Below are positions 35,622 to 45,639 of a stretch of DNA of 64,000 nt, in pieces. Position numbers and translations under genes: made by a program. The notes under the pieces were generated by a model. That model ran no database searches. It saw nothing but the letters and a program-made list of their open reading frames with translations, and was not told where the DNA came from. This DNA is from a virus, in IMG/VR virus record IMGVR_UViG_3300028895_000122, one strand, 5' to 3'. Position 1 is the stretch's first letter, and the number at the start of each line of letters is the position of its first letter.

Positions 35622-38133
35622 TGTCTATGATCCTTTCTTGTGGAAATATAATATATTTATCATATTTATCGGTATACTCACGGTCAATTGAATTAATAAC
35701 AAACTTAGTTGAACCACCATCAAACGTAGTTTCATTCTCGACGCCAAATTGTCTATCAAATGTTGTCATTCTTGAATTACGAATAAACTCAGTTTCATCT
35801 GTATCGAAGGTTGTAGTATCTTCGTCAAATGTTTCTGGATCTGGTTTATCCCATTCACCATTTATAGTATCCCATCCTTGTATGCTAAAGTTATCAAGTA
35901 CATAACGATCAGCTTGGAAATCCACTATATTAAGTTGGTTACCAAAATCAGTTTCTAAACGATACTTCATTTGTTCTGATTGCCCTGGGATTGTATAAGC
36001 AATAACCCAAGCTCTTGTGAACCCTAATACCGTACCATCTTCTTGTTTGCTTAACATCCAACGAGGTAATATAGGAGCAATTTGACCTACAGTATCTACA
36101 ACTTCATTACGCATGTTATCAAAACTATTTGGATATACAGTTAATGTATCGCCTACTGTTCCTGTTAAACTCGAAAACTCTTGTGTAATACTTGGGCTTG
36201 TACTTTCGCCTTTGCTGTTTTCTTGGTCGTCATTGATGTGTGCATATACAACTTCGTATAAAACTGTTTCACCATCATCAGATAATGCACGAGCAGTTCT
36301 AATATCACCTATTGTAATTTGTTTACGGTAATGATTAGTAGTTACACTATCAATATAATCGCCCATGATTGATGGATTTAATCCGTATGCATGTTCGTAG
36401 AATACTTTAGTGTTAGAACCAAACCAAGGATCATCTGGTCTATAAACCCATTCTGGTTTAATAATGTCTTGGTTTCTTACTAACGATTCAACAATGTCTC
36501 TATCTTCTTGTGGTGGATATGCTTCGATGCGTAGTGTTTGTGCTGGTGTATTATATTCTCTGTTAACTAATATCGAGAACTGTCTACTAACACGGACTAA
36601 TTCATCTAAGTTATATGCTTCGATGGTGAATTCAAATAACATATCAAATGTGGTTTCTTCACCTACTGTTAAACGTGTTTCTGCTTCTGCGTCAAATGTT
36701 GTAGTGCCACCATCTAATGCAAATGTTTGGAAACTTACCTGCCCTGAAATATTACCTGATGGCAATAATTCTAGCCCTTGTGGTAAACTTGAATTTGAAC
36801 CAGGAACTAAACGGTATTGTAAACTAACTCCATTTTTGTGTTCTGCTTCTACAAAGAATGTTGAAATCTCACCGTTATTAATTACTCCTAAGAAATCTGA
36901 AGTAATCCACGATGCATCATATGTTGTTTCTGTGTTTATTTGTACACCATCGTTTAACCAAGTAACACCGGTGTCAATATCACCGTAAAGTGTCATTGTA
37001 TATTCATATGCTGTTCCGACTGCTGGAGTTGCATAATCATATGGGAATTCATCAAACCCTGCTGTACTAACGTCCCAGCCAGATATTAAATTAATACCAC
37101 CTGAAACTTCTTCGTTTACTTTATAAACTATTACGCTGAAATTATATGTTACTTCTTGTAAACCGATATCGTCGAGATAACCATAAAGGTATCCAGTCTC
37201 CATATCTAGGTTTAACCCTGGCGGTAATTCACCTGATGCTAATAGATATGATATTGGTTCACCGTCGGGATCAATGCCTTCGAAATTATGAACAAAGAAG
37301 TTATCATGTCTATAACGCCCGATATCTGACACATAGTTATCTATGTACGGTGTACGTTTATTAACAGTGTCAGCAGTAATCCAGGTATCATCTGCTGTCT
37401 GTTCTTCGTTGTCTGCTGTCATACTATCACGACTATAAACGAAAATAGAAAATGATCTTAGTCTATATTCTTTACCGTCTGTGATTTTAATTGAAAATTC
37501 GTAGTTTTTAGATATTGATCTGGTACCGAAGTCCCAGGGATAGATGTCCCAATTAATTGATTCGTCATCAAACCCTGCTGTACCATCTATATCCAATGAT
37601 GATATTGGATCAACGTGCCCTGTAATGCGACCATTCTCATCCATTGATAAACCAACTGGTAATTCACCAGAGGCTATGTATGCTTGTACTTCGTCGCCTG
37701 GGTCGTCGTCTGAGAATTCAATTTGCAGGTCGACGTATTCGCCATCGTAATAACGACCTATTTCGCCTGGTGGCGTATCAAATTCTGGAATATCTTGACC
37801 AGTTACAGTGATATTAAATGTTCTATCACGTACTGTATCAATCTGTCCCAAAAGATTTTTGGTATAAACTCTAACAGAAAATTCAGATGTAACATTTGCT
37901 CCTACCTCTTCTGGCACACCTTGTGAACTAGCAACAGCTCTAGGAATGCCTGCAATTAAACCGGTCTCGCCAACTTGTACACCATCTGGAAGTTCTCCAG
38001 ATAATAATCTAAAGAATAAATCATCTGAATCACCTGTGTCTGGATCATAGGCAAGTAACGAGAGTTGGAAAAACTCTCCTTCGGATACTGTGCCTAAACT
38101 ACCTTCTTCGGTTACCCATTCTGGTTGCGCCAT
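35614..38133 (-). CDS. large (839 aa) protein with repeated putative Ig-like (He_PIG-type) domains; probable virion/adhesin component
   Basis: Recurrent SGELP.G(L/V)...G.I.G segments (LLSGELPDGVQV, YIASGELPVGLSMDENGRITG, LLASGELPPGLNLDMETGYLYG, SLPQGLELLPSGNISG). Confidence 0.45.
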   Translation of the reverse strand: MAQPEWVTEEGSLGTVSEGEFFQLSLLAYDPDTGDSDDLFFRLLSGELPDGVQVGETGLIAGIPRAVASSQGVPEEVGANVTSEFSVRVYTKNLLGQIDTVRDRTFNITVTGQDIPEFDTPPGEIGRYYDGEYVDLQIEFSDDDPGDEVQAYIASGELPVGLSMDENGRITGHVDPISSLDIDGTAGFDDESINWDIYPWDFGTRSISKNYEFSIKITDGKEYRLRSFSIFVYSRDSMTADNEEQTADDTWITADTVNKRTPYIDNYVSDIGRYRHDNFFVHNFEGIDPDGEPISYLLASGELPPGLNLDMETGYLYGYLDDIGLQEVTYNFSVIVYKVNEEVSGGINLISGWDVSTAGFDEFPYDYATPAVGTAYEYTMTLYGDIDTGVTWLNDGVQINTETTYDASWITSDFLGVINNGEISTFFVEAEHKNGVSLQYRLVPGSNSSLPQGLELLPSGNISGQVSFQTFALDGGTTTFDAEAETRLTVGEETTFDMLFEFTIEAYNLDELVRVSRQFSILVNREYNTPAQTLRIEAYPPQEDRDIVESLVRNQDIIKPEWVYRPDDPWFGSNTKVFYEHAYGLNPSIMGDYIDSVTTNHYRKQITIGDIRTARALSDDGETVLYEVVYAHINDDQENSKGESTSPSITQEFSSLTGTVGDTLTVYPNSFDNMRNEVVDTVGQIAPILPRWMLSKQEDGTVLGFTRAWVIAYTIPGQSEQMKYRLETDFGNQLNIVDFQADRYVLDNFSIQGWDTINGEWDKPDPETFDEDTTTFDTDETEFIRNSRMTTFDRQFGVENETTFDGGSTKFVINSIDREYTDKYDKYIIFPQERIIDNG

Positions 38134-38139
38134 GAATTA

Positions 38140-38438
<299 letters not shown>

Positions 38439-38444
38439 TCAAAA

Positions 38445-38627
38445 TCATTCTTCTACTTTAGTTAATCTCCATGTACCATTTGGTTCTTCAATCCAATGAA
38501 TAGTATCATCTGGGCTCCAACCTAGTTCTTGTAGAAGTTCTTTTGGGAGGGGAATATATAGGTCTCCAGTAACTGGATCTTCATCTACCGTTGCAGTATA
38601 AGTTCGCTGTAGACCTATATATGTCAT
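38445..38627 (-). CDS. hypothetical small protein
   Basis: Packed ORF. Confidence 0.35.
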   Translation of the reverse strand: MTYIGLQRTYTATVDEDPVTGDLYIPLPKELLQELGWSPDDTIHWIEEPNGTWRLTKVEE

Positions 38628-38628
38628 A

Positions 38629-38805
38629 TTACATCTCGTTTTTCTTATCTATAATTTCTTTACGGCGTTCTTTAGCAAGTTTGCCAATTTCACCCAATGC
38701 TTTACGAGCACGAGTTGCCGCAGCTTTAACACCTTTCTCTTCGAATTTTTCATGTTCTGCAAGATAGGCTTCGTATTGTTCAACAATTTGTTCATGTGTA
38801 GACAT
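38629..38805 (-). CDS. small basic histone-like/DNA-binding-like protein (58 aa), missed by cutoff
   Basis: AAGGAaaaaaataATG context. Protein MSTHEQIVEQYEAYLAEHEKFEEKGVKAAATRARKALGEIGKLAKERRKEIIDKKNEM. Confidence 0.35.
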   Translation of the reverse strand: MSTHEQIVEQYEAYLAEHEKFEEKGVKAAATRARKALGEIGKLAKERRKEIIDKKNEM

Positions 38806-38826
38806 ATTATTTTTTTCCTTATATTA

Positions 38827-39108
38827 TTACCACCAAGCCATAGCTCGGCCTAATCCTACGATATTTATTATTGTAAATATCTTATTCAAAGTAAGTGGCA
38901 TAATTAATTGTCTACGATAAAACGCAATGGTTCCGGAAATACTACCTACTAAAAATAAAGGATAAGCATAACGTAAATCTGGATCACCTGCTACTATTGC
39001 AACATAAACACTTGCAACGACAGTAAACACCAAGCTAACAGTTTCTAAAACAAAAGCAAGTTTATCACTATGATAACTTGATGTAATAAAATGTTTTACA
39101 GATTCCAT
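38827..39108 (-). CDS. small membrane protein
   Basis: Three hydrophobic helices. Confidence 0.35.
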   Translation of the reverse strand: MESVKHFITSSYHSDKLAFVLETVSLVFTVVASVYVAIVAGDPDLRYAYPLFLVGSISGTIAFYRRQLIMPLTLNKIFTIINIVGLGRAMAWW

Positions 39109-39344
39109 TAGTGCATAGTCGCAGTAGGTCGTAAATCAACACCTGTTAGCTCAGCATAATCATCGAAGAATTCGTCATCAAATGCGATAGCACATCCTTC
39201 ATATGCAGCAACAGTTTCGTCTGGGAGTTGCATGAGTCTTAGTAGAGCCGCCATATCAACATCCTCTACTAAGTGTGACTCATACAATATTCCCATGATC
39301 TCTAACAATGTATTACGAACATTATCCGTTAGAGTATCTGTCAT
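39108..39344 (-). CDS. hypothetical small acidic protein
   Basis: Packed ORF. Confidence 0.35.
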   Translation of the reverse strand: MTDTLTDNVRNTLLEIMGILYESHLVEDVDMAALLRLMQLPDETVAAYEGCAIAFDDEFFDDYAELTGVDLRPTATMH

Positions 39345-39733
39345 GCTTTAGACAGTTCTTTCTCAATAAAAGCCGCTACTTTCGGATCTGTCTCTTTTCC
39401 AGTTTTAACCGCTGTATCAATGTTACCACTGATAGTTACTTTAGTTTCTGCACGTTTAGCCATCTTAGACTTTTCTGCAATTTTATGTGCGAGAATTTCT
39501 TTCTGGTCATCTGTAAGACCTTCTTTATTATTATAGAAATACTCTGCAGCATCGAGTTTGGTCATACCTTCGTCGAGCTCAATCAAATCAATGTCGGTGC
39601 AACCTGCTTTGTCAAGAATTTTAATCCTTGCTACGAGATCGTTCGCCCAACGAACTTTAATAGTTCCGTCAGCGTTAATAGCAGTACCAACAACAGTGAA
39701 TGTTTTTTCAGTCATATTATTTCTCCGGGACAA
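39341..39733 (-). CDS. hypothetical protein
   Basis: Packed ORF. Confidence 0.4.
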   Translation of the reverse strand: MSRRNNMTEKTFTVVGTAINADGTIKVRWANDLVARIKILDKAGCTDIDLIELDEGMTKLDAAEYFYNNKEGLTDDQKEILAHKIAEKSKMAKRAETKVTISGNIDTAVKTGKETDPKVAAFIEKELSKA

Positions 39734-40502
39734 AGTCCCATCTGTTTACATTATAAAATTTAAAGTTTGGGAATCCATTTAAGGATGCCATTGAAAAATA
39801 ACCAGTGATAGTTATTTCATTATTCCTTTGTTCTAGGTAATGGTTGAACAAAGGTAATAATTCGTTTTTAAGATCAAACATCATACGATAGGTCTCTTTA
39901 GTCTGATCGTCACGGAACCAATATTCCCATTGTTTGATTCTTTTAGTATTTCTGTATGCTTTATCAACAAAGGCGAGTTTTTGTTCACCTTCGAACCAAC
40001 CTAAACCTAATTTAGGTGGATTAATTTCTTCTGCGCCAGCTGCTATAGATTCAAGTTTCATATCGTATGCATAAAACTCTTGTATCTTACAAAGAATTTT
40101 AATATGATCTTGATCTACTTCGTTAACTTGATCGTTGAGTAATGTGTATAAGTGTTTGCGAAACTTTGATACTCTGCCTTCTTTTATTTTACGCATCATA
40201 AGTTTATTTGTATAGTATCTGCGAATCTCAGTTGCTTTTTTGAAATGCTCTTTTTGTGGAGCATTCATATTTGAAACTTCGGGTTGCTTACTCGAAAAAT
40301 GTGATTGATCAAAATCTGTTAGGAACGCTACCGCAGTATTTGTATCCTTTGAATTAGCTAACATAACAGCTAACACATCTACTTCAGAACAAAGTTTCGG
40401 CCATACTGTATGAGCATCTGCATCGTCGATACTCTTAAAAAATTGATCAGCAGTCTTTAGATCAAACGTTCCCTTATTTGGGTTTTCTTTATAAAATAAC
40501 AT
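39717..40502 (-). CDS. hypothetical protein
   Basis: Packed ORF. Confidence 0.4.
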   Translation of the reverse strand: MLFYKENPNKGTFDLKTADQFFKSIDDADAHTVWPKLCSEVDVLAVMLANSKDTNTAVAFLTDFDQSHFSSKQPEVSNMNAPQKEHFKKATEIRRYYTNKLMMRKIKEGRVSKFRKHLYTLLNDQVNEVDQDHIKILCKIQEFYAYDMKLESIAAGAEEINPPKLGLGWFEGEQKLAFVDKAYRNTKRIKQWEYWFRDDQTKETYRMMFDLKNELLPLFNHYLEQRNNEITITGYFSMASLNGFPNFKFYNVNRWDFVPEK

Positions 40503-40510
40503 TATAATTA

Positions 40511-40897
40511 TTATACTGGATCAGTTTGGTTGTTGTCAACTGGTTGTTTAAGTTTCTTCATAATTATTTGTTCTTCGACATACTTCTTAAACGTAGCCCT
40601 GTGACCATCCGGATCTTCACACCAATATTCGATGTGTTCGTAACTACCCCATGCCTGTGGTGGCATAACATTCATCACCCAATCCATAATGCCCCACATT
40701 CTTTGAGCATTGGCTGTGTCTGCTGTTTTAACAGCCCGAAACATATCACCTGCTAGGCATGCTTCTAGGAAGCCACCAGGTTTAATACCATCAACAACAT
40801 AAAGCTCTAATGCCTTCTGTGAATGGTCAGGAATTGATTGACCAATTTGCATGGCCTTTTCGCCCATGTCAAAACAAATATATTTGTTAGCTGCCAT
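40511..40897 (-). CDS. hypothetical protein
   Basis: Trimmed to the ATG at 40897 (MAANKYICF...). The track start at 40924 is a TTG. Confidence 0.35.
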   Translation of the reverse strand: MAANKYICFDMGEKAMQIGQSIPDHSQKALELYVVDGIKPGGFLEACLAGDMFRAVKTADTANAQRMWGIMDWVMNVMPPQAWGSYEHIEYWCEDPDGHRATFKKYVEEQIIMKKLKQPVDNNQTDPV

Positions 40898-41022
40898 TAT
40901 CTTGTAATCGAAATTAATGCACAAACAAAAAACCCAAGAATAACACCAAGTGATAATCCTTGGTAATATCTATCTAGGTTTACAAACCATCTAAAAAATC
41001 TATCCATTAAATTACGTTTCAT
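40897..41022 (-). CDS. small membrane peptide (41 aa), missed by cutoff
   Basis: MKRNLMDRFFRWFVNLDRYYQGLSLGVILGFFVCALISITR. Its stop overlaps the next ATG. Confidence 0.25.
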   Translation of the reverse strand: MKRNLMDRFFRWFVNLDRYYQGLSLGVILGFFVCALISITR

Positions 41023-41024
41023 AT

Positions 41025-41237
41025 CTAGTCCTGAAATCTCAGCCAATGTGTGAATACTACAATAAACGTTCTTGTATCTTGAAAATGCTCATACCCGTCG
41101 TGCGATGGTTTATCAAATAACCAATAACCAAAAATAGTAATTAATTCAGTTATTGCAATAAACAGTATTATAAACAATGAAATTGGTAAGAGCAAGAGTG
41201 CAATTAAAAACCTTATCAATCTTCTTAGGTTATTCAT
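41025..41237 (-). CDS. small membrane protein
   Basis: Two hydrophobic helices. Confidence 0.35.
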   Translation of the reverse strand: MNNLRRLIRFLIALLLLPISLFIILFIAITELITIFGYWLFDKPSHDGYEHFQDTRTFIVVFTHWLRFQD

Positions 41238-41238
41238 A

Positions 41239-41436
41239 TTAACCTACTGCCATAGTTTTATTATACACTTCTTTAAGAATGGTTGTTAACTCTTTAATCT
41301 GTGCATGTTGTTCAGTTACAATATCTTCGACCCTGTTGAGACGGATTTGTAAATTACGATTTTGATTTTGAAGTTTGATCGCTAGATCAAATGCTGGGTT
41401 ACCAGTTTCGAGTTCTTTTGTCATTTTCCGTCCCAT
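41239..41436 (-). CDS. hypothetical small coiled-coil protein
   Basis: Packed ORF. Confidence 0.35.
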   Translation of the reverse strand: MGRKMTKELETGNPAFDLAIKLQNQNRNLQIRLNRVEDIVTEQHAQIKELTTILKEVYNKTMAVG

Positions 41437-42128
41437 CCTTTTAATACAGCCATTGTCAATAATGCAGTATGATCACTATTTGGCATTGTGAAAGTTTCTT
41501 GTATTGTGTCAAACTTAAATTCTCTAGACTTGTCATCTAAGTTATCACCAGGTACAGCCCAAACATTATGGTTTGTCCAACGTGTAATTCGACCAATACC
41601 TAAACGCTTGCGGGGTAATACGCCTACAACCCAATCACCCCTTTGCAGTTCCTGTTGATATTTGTTAACAGGATTTTTAACTTCTTTCTTTTTGTCTGCA
41701 TGTGATTTTACATTACGGACGTACTTTAAGTTACCGTATTCAGGATCCAACGGGTCCATAAAATCAACATACGATTTTTGAATGCGACCTTTCTTTTTCT
41801 TGCCTTTGTTGTCAATTGATTCGTAAATTAAAGTGGCACTATATTCGGAAATTTGTCCTTCGACTTTAGCCCACCGTTCATCTTGTACGTCGAGTTCCAT
41901 ATCTACAATCTTAGCAACAGTACCTTTGGTTGCAGTTGATTTAATTCTAATAAACTGGTCTGGAGGTACAATAAATTCCTCACCAGTTAGATAAAGATAT
42001 GTTTTATCTTCGGGTTGTCCCTTCCAGTTTTTTTCTTGAATAGTTGTTTTGTCAATACCATTACAATCTAGAAGTAGTTGTTTAAAACGACTAGACTGAA
42101 TTGCATAGTTAGTCATATTAGCAGCCAT
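41421..42128 (-). CDS. hypothetical protein
   Basis: Packed ORF immediately downstream of the GGDEF gene. Confidence 0.4.
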   Translation of the reverse strand: MAANMTNYAIQSSRFKQLLLDCNGIDKTTIQEKNWKGQPEDKTYLYLTGEEFIVPPDQFIRIKSTATKGTVAKIVDMELDVQDERWAKVEGQISEYSATLIYESIDNKGKKKKGRIQKSYVDFMDPLDPEYGNLKYVRNVKSHADKKKEVKNPVNKYQQELQRGDWVVGVLPRKRLGIGRITRWTNHNVWAVPGDNLDDKSREFKFDTIQETFTMPNSDHTALLTMAVLKGWDGK

Positions 42129-42132
42129 GATG

Positions 42133-42969
42133 TCACCTTAGGTGTTGGGTTTCTTTAACTATAAAATTTTTGTCTTTATACATGCGCTGGTCAGCTAAGT
42201 GGATTATATCATCAATATCACTAGCTTCTAAACTTGTTGCATAGCCCATACTACAAGAAATTTGTTGCGGTCCTGCATCTGTAAAAATAGGTTTATTAAT
42301 TGCATCATAAATCTTATCCATGATCATGTTAATAACTTTGGTACTAATTGTTTTATTAATTAAAATAACAAATTCATCACCACCGTAACGACATACAATA
42401 TCGCTATCGCGAAGTAAGTGCTGCAATCGTTTTGCTACGACAGCCAGGACTTGATCACCTGCAGAATGACCACCAGGACCATCATTGACTGCTTTAAACT
42501 TGTTTAAGTCAATAAAGATTAATGAAAAATGATCAACTATAAACGATGCTTCGTTAAAAAATGCACGTCTAGTTAATGTGCCTGTTAGCGAATCAAAATT
42601 AATTTCATCATGGTAATCATCAAATCGAGCCACAGCATGTTCATCATCTAGTTTAAAAACATCAATGGCCAAACGAATCGTTTCCATGTTGCGATTTTTT
42701 GCTAGTATTACCCGTCTATCACTTAGCGTGTATCTATCCTCAGCTGTTGATCTGTCCATAAATTTATGCATCATATCAGCATGTTTTAATGCTGGGTTCT
42801 CGATTAAAATGTCTAAATCTTTGCCAATGAGCTCGTTTGGTTTATACCCAAATACATGAGCACCATACTCATTTATTGTAACAATTTTATGCTCTTTATT
42901 AAGCATAAGCATTCCAGAGCCGCACATATCAAGCATCTTTAAGAGAACTTCCGTTGTTGGTGTATTCAT
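42133..42969 (-). CDS. PAS-GGDEF diguanylate cyclase with intact A-site and RxxD I-site
   Basis: DSLTGTLTRRAF...FIDLNKFKAVNDGPGGHSAGDQVL...LRDSDIVCRYGGDEFVIL...LADQRMYKDK. RDSD lies five residues before GGDEF (the I-site). The N-terminal ~110 aa are PAS-like. Confidence 0.8.
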   Translation of the reverse strand: MNTPTTEVLLKMLDMCGSGMLMLNKEHKIVTINEYGAHVFGYKPNELIGKDLDILIENPALKHADMMHKFMDRSTAEDRYTLSDRRVILAKNRNMETIRLAIDVFKLDDEHAVARFDDYHDEINFDSLTGTLTRRAFFNEASFIVDHFSLIFIDLNKFKAVNDGPGGHSAGDQVLAVVAKRLQHLLRDSDIVCRYGGDEFVILINKTISTKVINMIMDKIYDAINKPIFTDAGPQQISCSMGYATSLEASDIDDIIHLADQRMYKDKNFIVKETQHLR

Positions 42970-43295
42970 TGATCTTCCTTTGGTGGGTTAATATGAATTA
43001 TATCTATTTCTTCATCGTCGTCGAGGTCAATGTGTTCATACGCTTCGAGCATAATAAGTTGCTCAGACAACTCGTTAATTAAATCATCGGAAACATCGGA
43101 TTCATAATATTCAACGATATCTGGATCTTTAATTTCGTCAATTTTAAATTCTGGTTTTTTCTTTTTGCCAGTTAAATCTTTGATTTTGTCTTGAATGCTT
43201 TCTCGCAGAGTATCATCGTTATCATATAAACTTGCATAACGATTACTATTTTTCTTTTCTGCTTTTTTAAACATTCCAAACAACCAATTAAACAT
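42966..43295 (-). CDS. hypothetical acidic protein
   Basis: Packed ORF. Confidence 0.35.
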   Translation of the reverse strand: MFNWLFGMFKKAEKKNSNRYASLYDNDDTLRESIQDKIKDLTGKKKKPEFKIDEIKDPDIVEYYESDVSDDLINELSEQLIMLEAYEHIDLDDDEEIDIIHINPPKEDQ

Positions 43296-43470
43296 TACTC
43301 TTCCTGTATTACATCAATGATACTTAGTGTAAAACTTGCACCGTCGACTCTGTCACGTGCTGCCTCAGAGAGATTTTCCTCTCCGTGTGCTGCTGCTTCT
43401 TCTGCTGAATCCGCTTCAACATGAACATACAAAGGAAATTCAACAAGTGCTTCTACTAGGTACTTTGCCA
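43295..43470 (-). CDS. hypothetical small protein
   Basis: ATG (MAKYLVEA...) with GAGGAA SD. Confidence 0.3.
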
Positions 43471-43510
43471 TATTTATATTCCTCAATTAAGTGTAGCAAC
43501 AATTCTGCTA

Positions 43511-43702
43511 TTAGTCAACATGTTTCTTATTCATTTCGTCAATGGCTTTTTTGTAACCATCTTCAAAACCTTTTCGGTATGACATTCTTGACGCTAACCA
43601 ATCTCTTAAATCTTCTTGGCATTTCTTTACACCGGCAAGAAAACCTTTTTCATACTCAGTCGTCATGTACTTCCAAAAAGAAAGTAGACATGTAAAATAC
43701 AA
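43511..43702 (-). CDS. hypothetical small protein
   Basis: Packed ORF. Confidence 0.3.
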   Translation of the reverse strand: MYFTCLLSFWKYMTTEYEKGFLAGVKKCQEDLRDWLASRMSYRKGFEDGYKKAIDEMNKKHVD

Positions 43703-43705
43703 ATT

Positions 43706-43927
43706 TCATTTTATCCACTCCCAAGAGTCGTCGAGTTCGCGTTCATAAATTTGGTCAATTGTTTTATGTTCCCAATCTAGTTGGGCACGAATTAAGTCAC
43801 CCAATGAAGGTGGACCTAACGGTTCTTCAGTTAATGCAGCTTCTAATCTTTCACGCTCGCCCATCCAGGCTTCGTAATCAAGATAGTCCTGCATTGGGCT
43901 CTCCTGGTTCATGTCTATTGTAAACAT
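43706..43927 (-). CDS. hypothetical small protein (start uncertain)
   Basis: Overlaps the 3' end of 43878..44111. An internal start is likely. Confidence 0.3.
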   Translation of the reverse strand: MFTIDMNQESPMQDYLDYEAWMGERERLEAALTEEPLGPPSLGDLIRAQLDWEHKTIDQIYERELDDSWEWIK

Positions 43928-44111
43928 AATTTGTCCACCTTACCAACCATTTACGATCCTCAAGTAAGTCTAACACCACTATCTCAGTGTTAACAAACCT
44001 TTTCTGCCATTCTGTAAAAAACTCAAGTCTATTACCATTAAACTCTACCACTGTGGTGTATATATAAGTTTTCTCTATGGCGTAAGGATCAAGTTTAATA
44101 TCTCGTTTCAT
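43878..44111 (-). CDS. hypothetical small protein
   Basis: Packed ORF. Confidence 0.3.
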   Translation of the reverse strand: MKRDIKLDPYAIEKTYIYTTVVEFNGNRLEFFTEWQKRFVNTEIVVLDLLEDRKWLVRWTNYVYNRHEPGEPNAGLS

Positions 44112-44302
44112 TAGTCCAAATATAAAACGTGTGTCGCTTCAGGAAAGCCAATTGATTCAGCTTCTTCCTCTTCTTCAATTTGACGAACCAGCTCGTCAAG
44201 TTGGACCGGCTCACCAGCCATATTTGAGTATGCAACAATAACAGCATCATCCGGAATTGCGTTAACAAGTTCCAAAAGATCTTGTTTAGTAATTGTATTC
44301 AT
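44111..44302 (-). CDS. hypothetical small acidic protein
   Basis: Packed ORF. Confidence 0.3.
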   Translation of the reverse strand: MNTITKQDLLELVNAIPDDAVIVAYSNMAGEPVQLDELVRQIEEEEEAESIGFPEATHVLYLD

Positions 44303-44532
44303 TACGATGTTCCTTTCCAGAAATTTAATACATCTTCCTCGGAAGTATTCTCGAGTACGGTTAGAACACTTTGTCGTAGAACACTTTGTCGGACTTGTTC
44401 GTATTGCTCGTTTGAAATAGTTAAATTACCACCTTGCATAACTTTAATCGAACTCAACAATACAATATCGATAATATTTTTTTCGCGATCACTCAAAATC
44501 ATCATCATCCTCGTACATGTTACCAAACACAA
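44302..44532 (-). CDS. hypothetical small protein
   Basis: Packed ORF. Confidence 0.3.
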   Translation of the reverse strand: MCLVTCTRMMMILSDREKNIIDIVLLSSIKVMQGGNLTISNEQYEQVRQSVLRQSVLTVLENTSEEDVLNFWKGTS

Positions 44533-44677
44533 ATGCGATATCGTTTTGTTTAGCCATTTCAGTTACATCAGCTTCGCTCAGCCAACCAAGACACATATCA
44601 GCAATCTGACGTGAATCAAGCATACCTTCATCCATAAGTTCCATAATGCGATTGGTTGTTTTTCTTGCGTTAGACAT
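44489..44677 (-). CDS. hypothetical small acidic protein
   Basis: Packed ORF. Confidence 0.3.
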   Translation of the reverse strand: MSNARKTTNRIMELMDEGMLDSRQIADMCLGWLSEADVTEMAKQNDIAFVFGNMYEDDDDFE

Positions 44678-44859
44678 TATGCATCTCCTAAATCGATATT
44701 CAGTTTATCTTTCAGCAGGTATTTGAGTTCATCGGCAGCATCTTCACGACCATAGTCAGCTCCACTGTCCCATTCAGGGTCGGATGAATATGGCATTGCT
44801 TGCGGAATTCGCATGTTGGCAATAAATTCTTTTAACAGTTTAATTTCTTTTTTAGTCAT
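44677..44859 (-). CDS. hypothetical small protein
   Basis: Packed ORF. Confidence 0.3.
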   Translation of the reverse strand: MTKKEIKLLKEFIANMRIPQAMPYSSDPEWDSGADYGREDAADELKYLLKDKLNIDLGDA

Positions 44860-45383
44860 TACGCTGCCTCCTGAAAGTAATCATCCGGAAGGTCCAATAC
44901 ATAACGAAGTTCATCATAACCGCGTTCAACATCTTCGGCTTCCATGATCCATTTAATAGCAGTTTCACGATTACCTGCACCCATAGCAATGGTTTCCTGA
45001 ACACGTTGTTCAAACTTCTCAACATTGCGGGCTTGCTGTTTGGCTTCTGCTTCACGCTCAAGCTCTGCTGAACGAGTAAGTGACTCAAGCTCTGCTTCGA
45101 GCTCATCATCGGACATTGCATTCAACGCACCCCAGTTTGGTTTGTAACCATAGACTTCACGGGTAATTTCAAACACCTCTGAAACAAGAGTGTGATGCTC
45201 ATAATCAGCAACACTACGAACACCGTAGGATTCCCAGTGATCCAAATCTGTGGTAGCATAACCACCCCAACGATGATTAGGATCTTCGGCAACCCACGCT
45301 TCCATTTCGGCCTTCTTAGATTCAAGAAGTTCTTTAAGGGCTAACTGTTCGGCAGAGTAATTCATTATGATCTCCTTAAACAA
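44859..45383 (-). CDS. hypothetical acidic protein
   Basis: Packed ORF. The 44852..45121 and 45122..45325 ORFs in other frames are taken as shadows. Confidence 0.4.
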   Translation of the reverse strand: MFKEIIMNYSAEQLALKELLESKKAEMEAWVAEDPNHRWGGYATTDLDHWESYGVRSVADYEHHTLVSEVFEITREVYGYKPNWGALNAMSDDELEAELESLTRSAELEREAEAKQQARNVEKFEQRVQETIAMGAGNRETAIKWIMEAEDVERGYDELRYVLDLPDDYFQEAA

Positions 45384-45579
45384 AAGAAGGTGCTTTTTTG
45401 TACATTGTTGGAGCGCCAGGATGGCTGCGGCTCATATCAATCTTGTGTACAACACCAGCGGCAATCAGTTCATTCAACGCATTCATTCCAGTGCTGATAT
45501 CATCGACACCGCGGATTGCTGCAAAAGCATTAATTGGATACACCCGACCGGACAGATTTTTGAGAATTTGCTCTTTCAC
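45376..45579 (-). CDS. hypothetical small protein (GTG start)
   Basis: First gene after promoter P4. AAGGA SD 8 nt before the GTG. Confidence 0.35.
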   Translation of the reverse strand: MKEQILKNLSGRVYPINAFAAIRGVDDISTGMNALNELIAAGVVHKIDMSRSHPGAPTMYKKAPSFV

Positions 45580-45610
45580 TTTGTAGATCCTTTTTCCTAA
45601 CTATGTGCAT

Positions 45611-45639
45611 ATTATAGGATATTTGAGTCAAAAGGTCAA
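45611..45639 (-). promoter_or_regulatory. sigma70-type early promoter P4 (TTGACC-N17-TATAAT) within conserved cassette
   Basis: Minus strand reads AAAAAGGTTGACC ttttgactcaaatatcc TATAAT ATGCACATAGTTAGGA. Confidence 0.6.
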
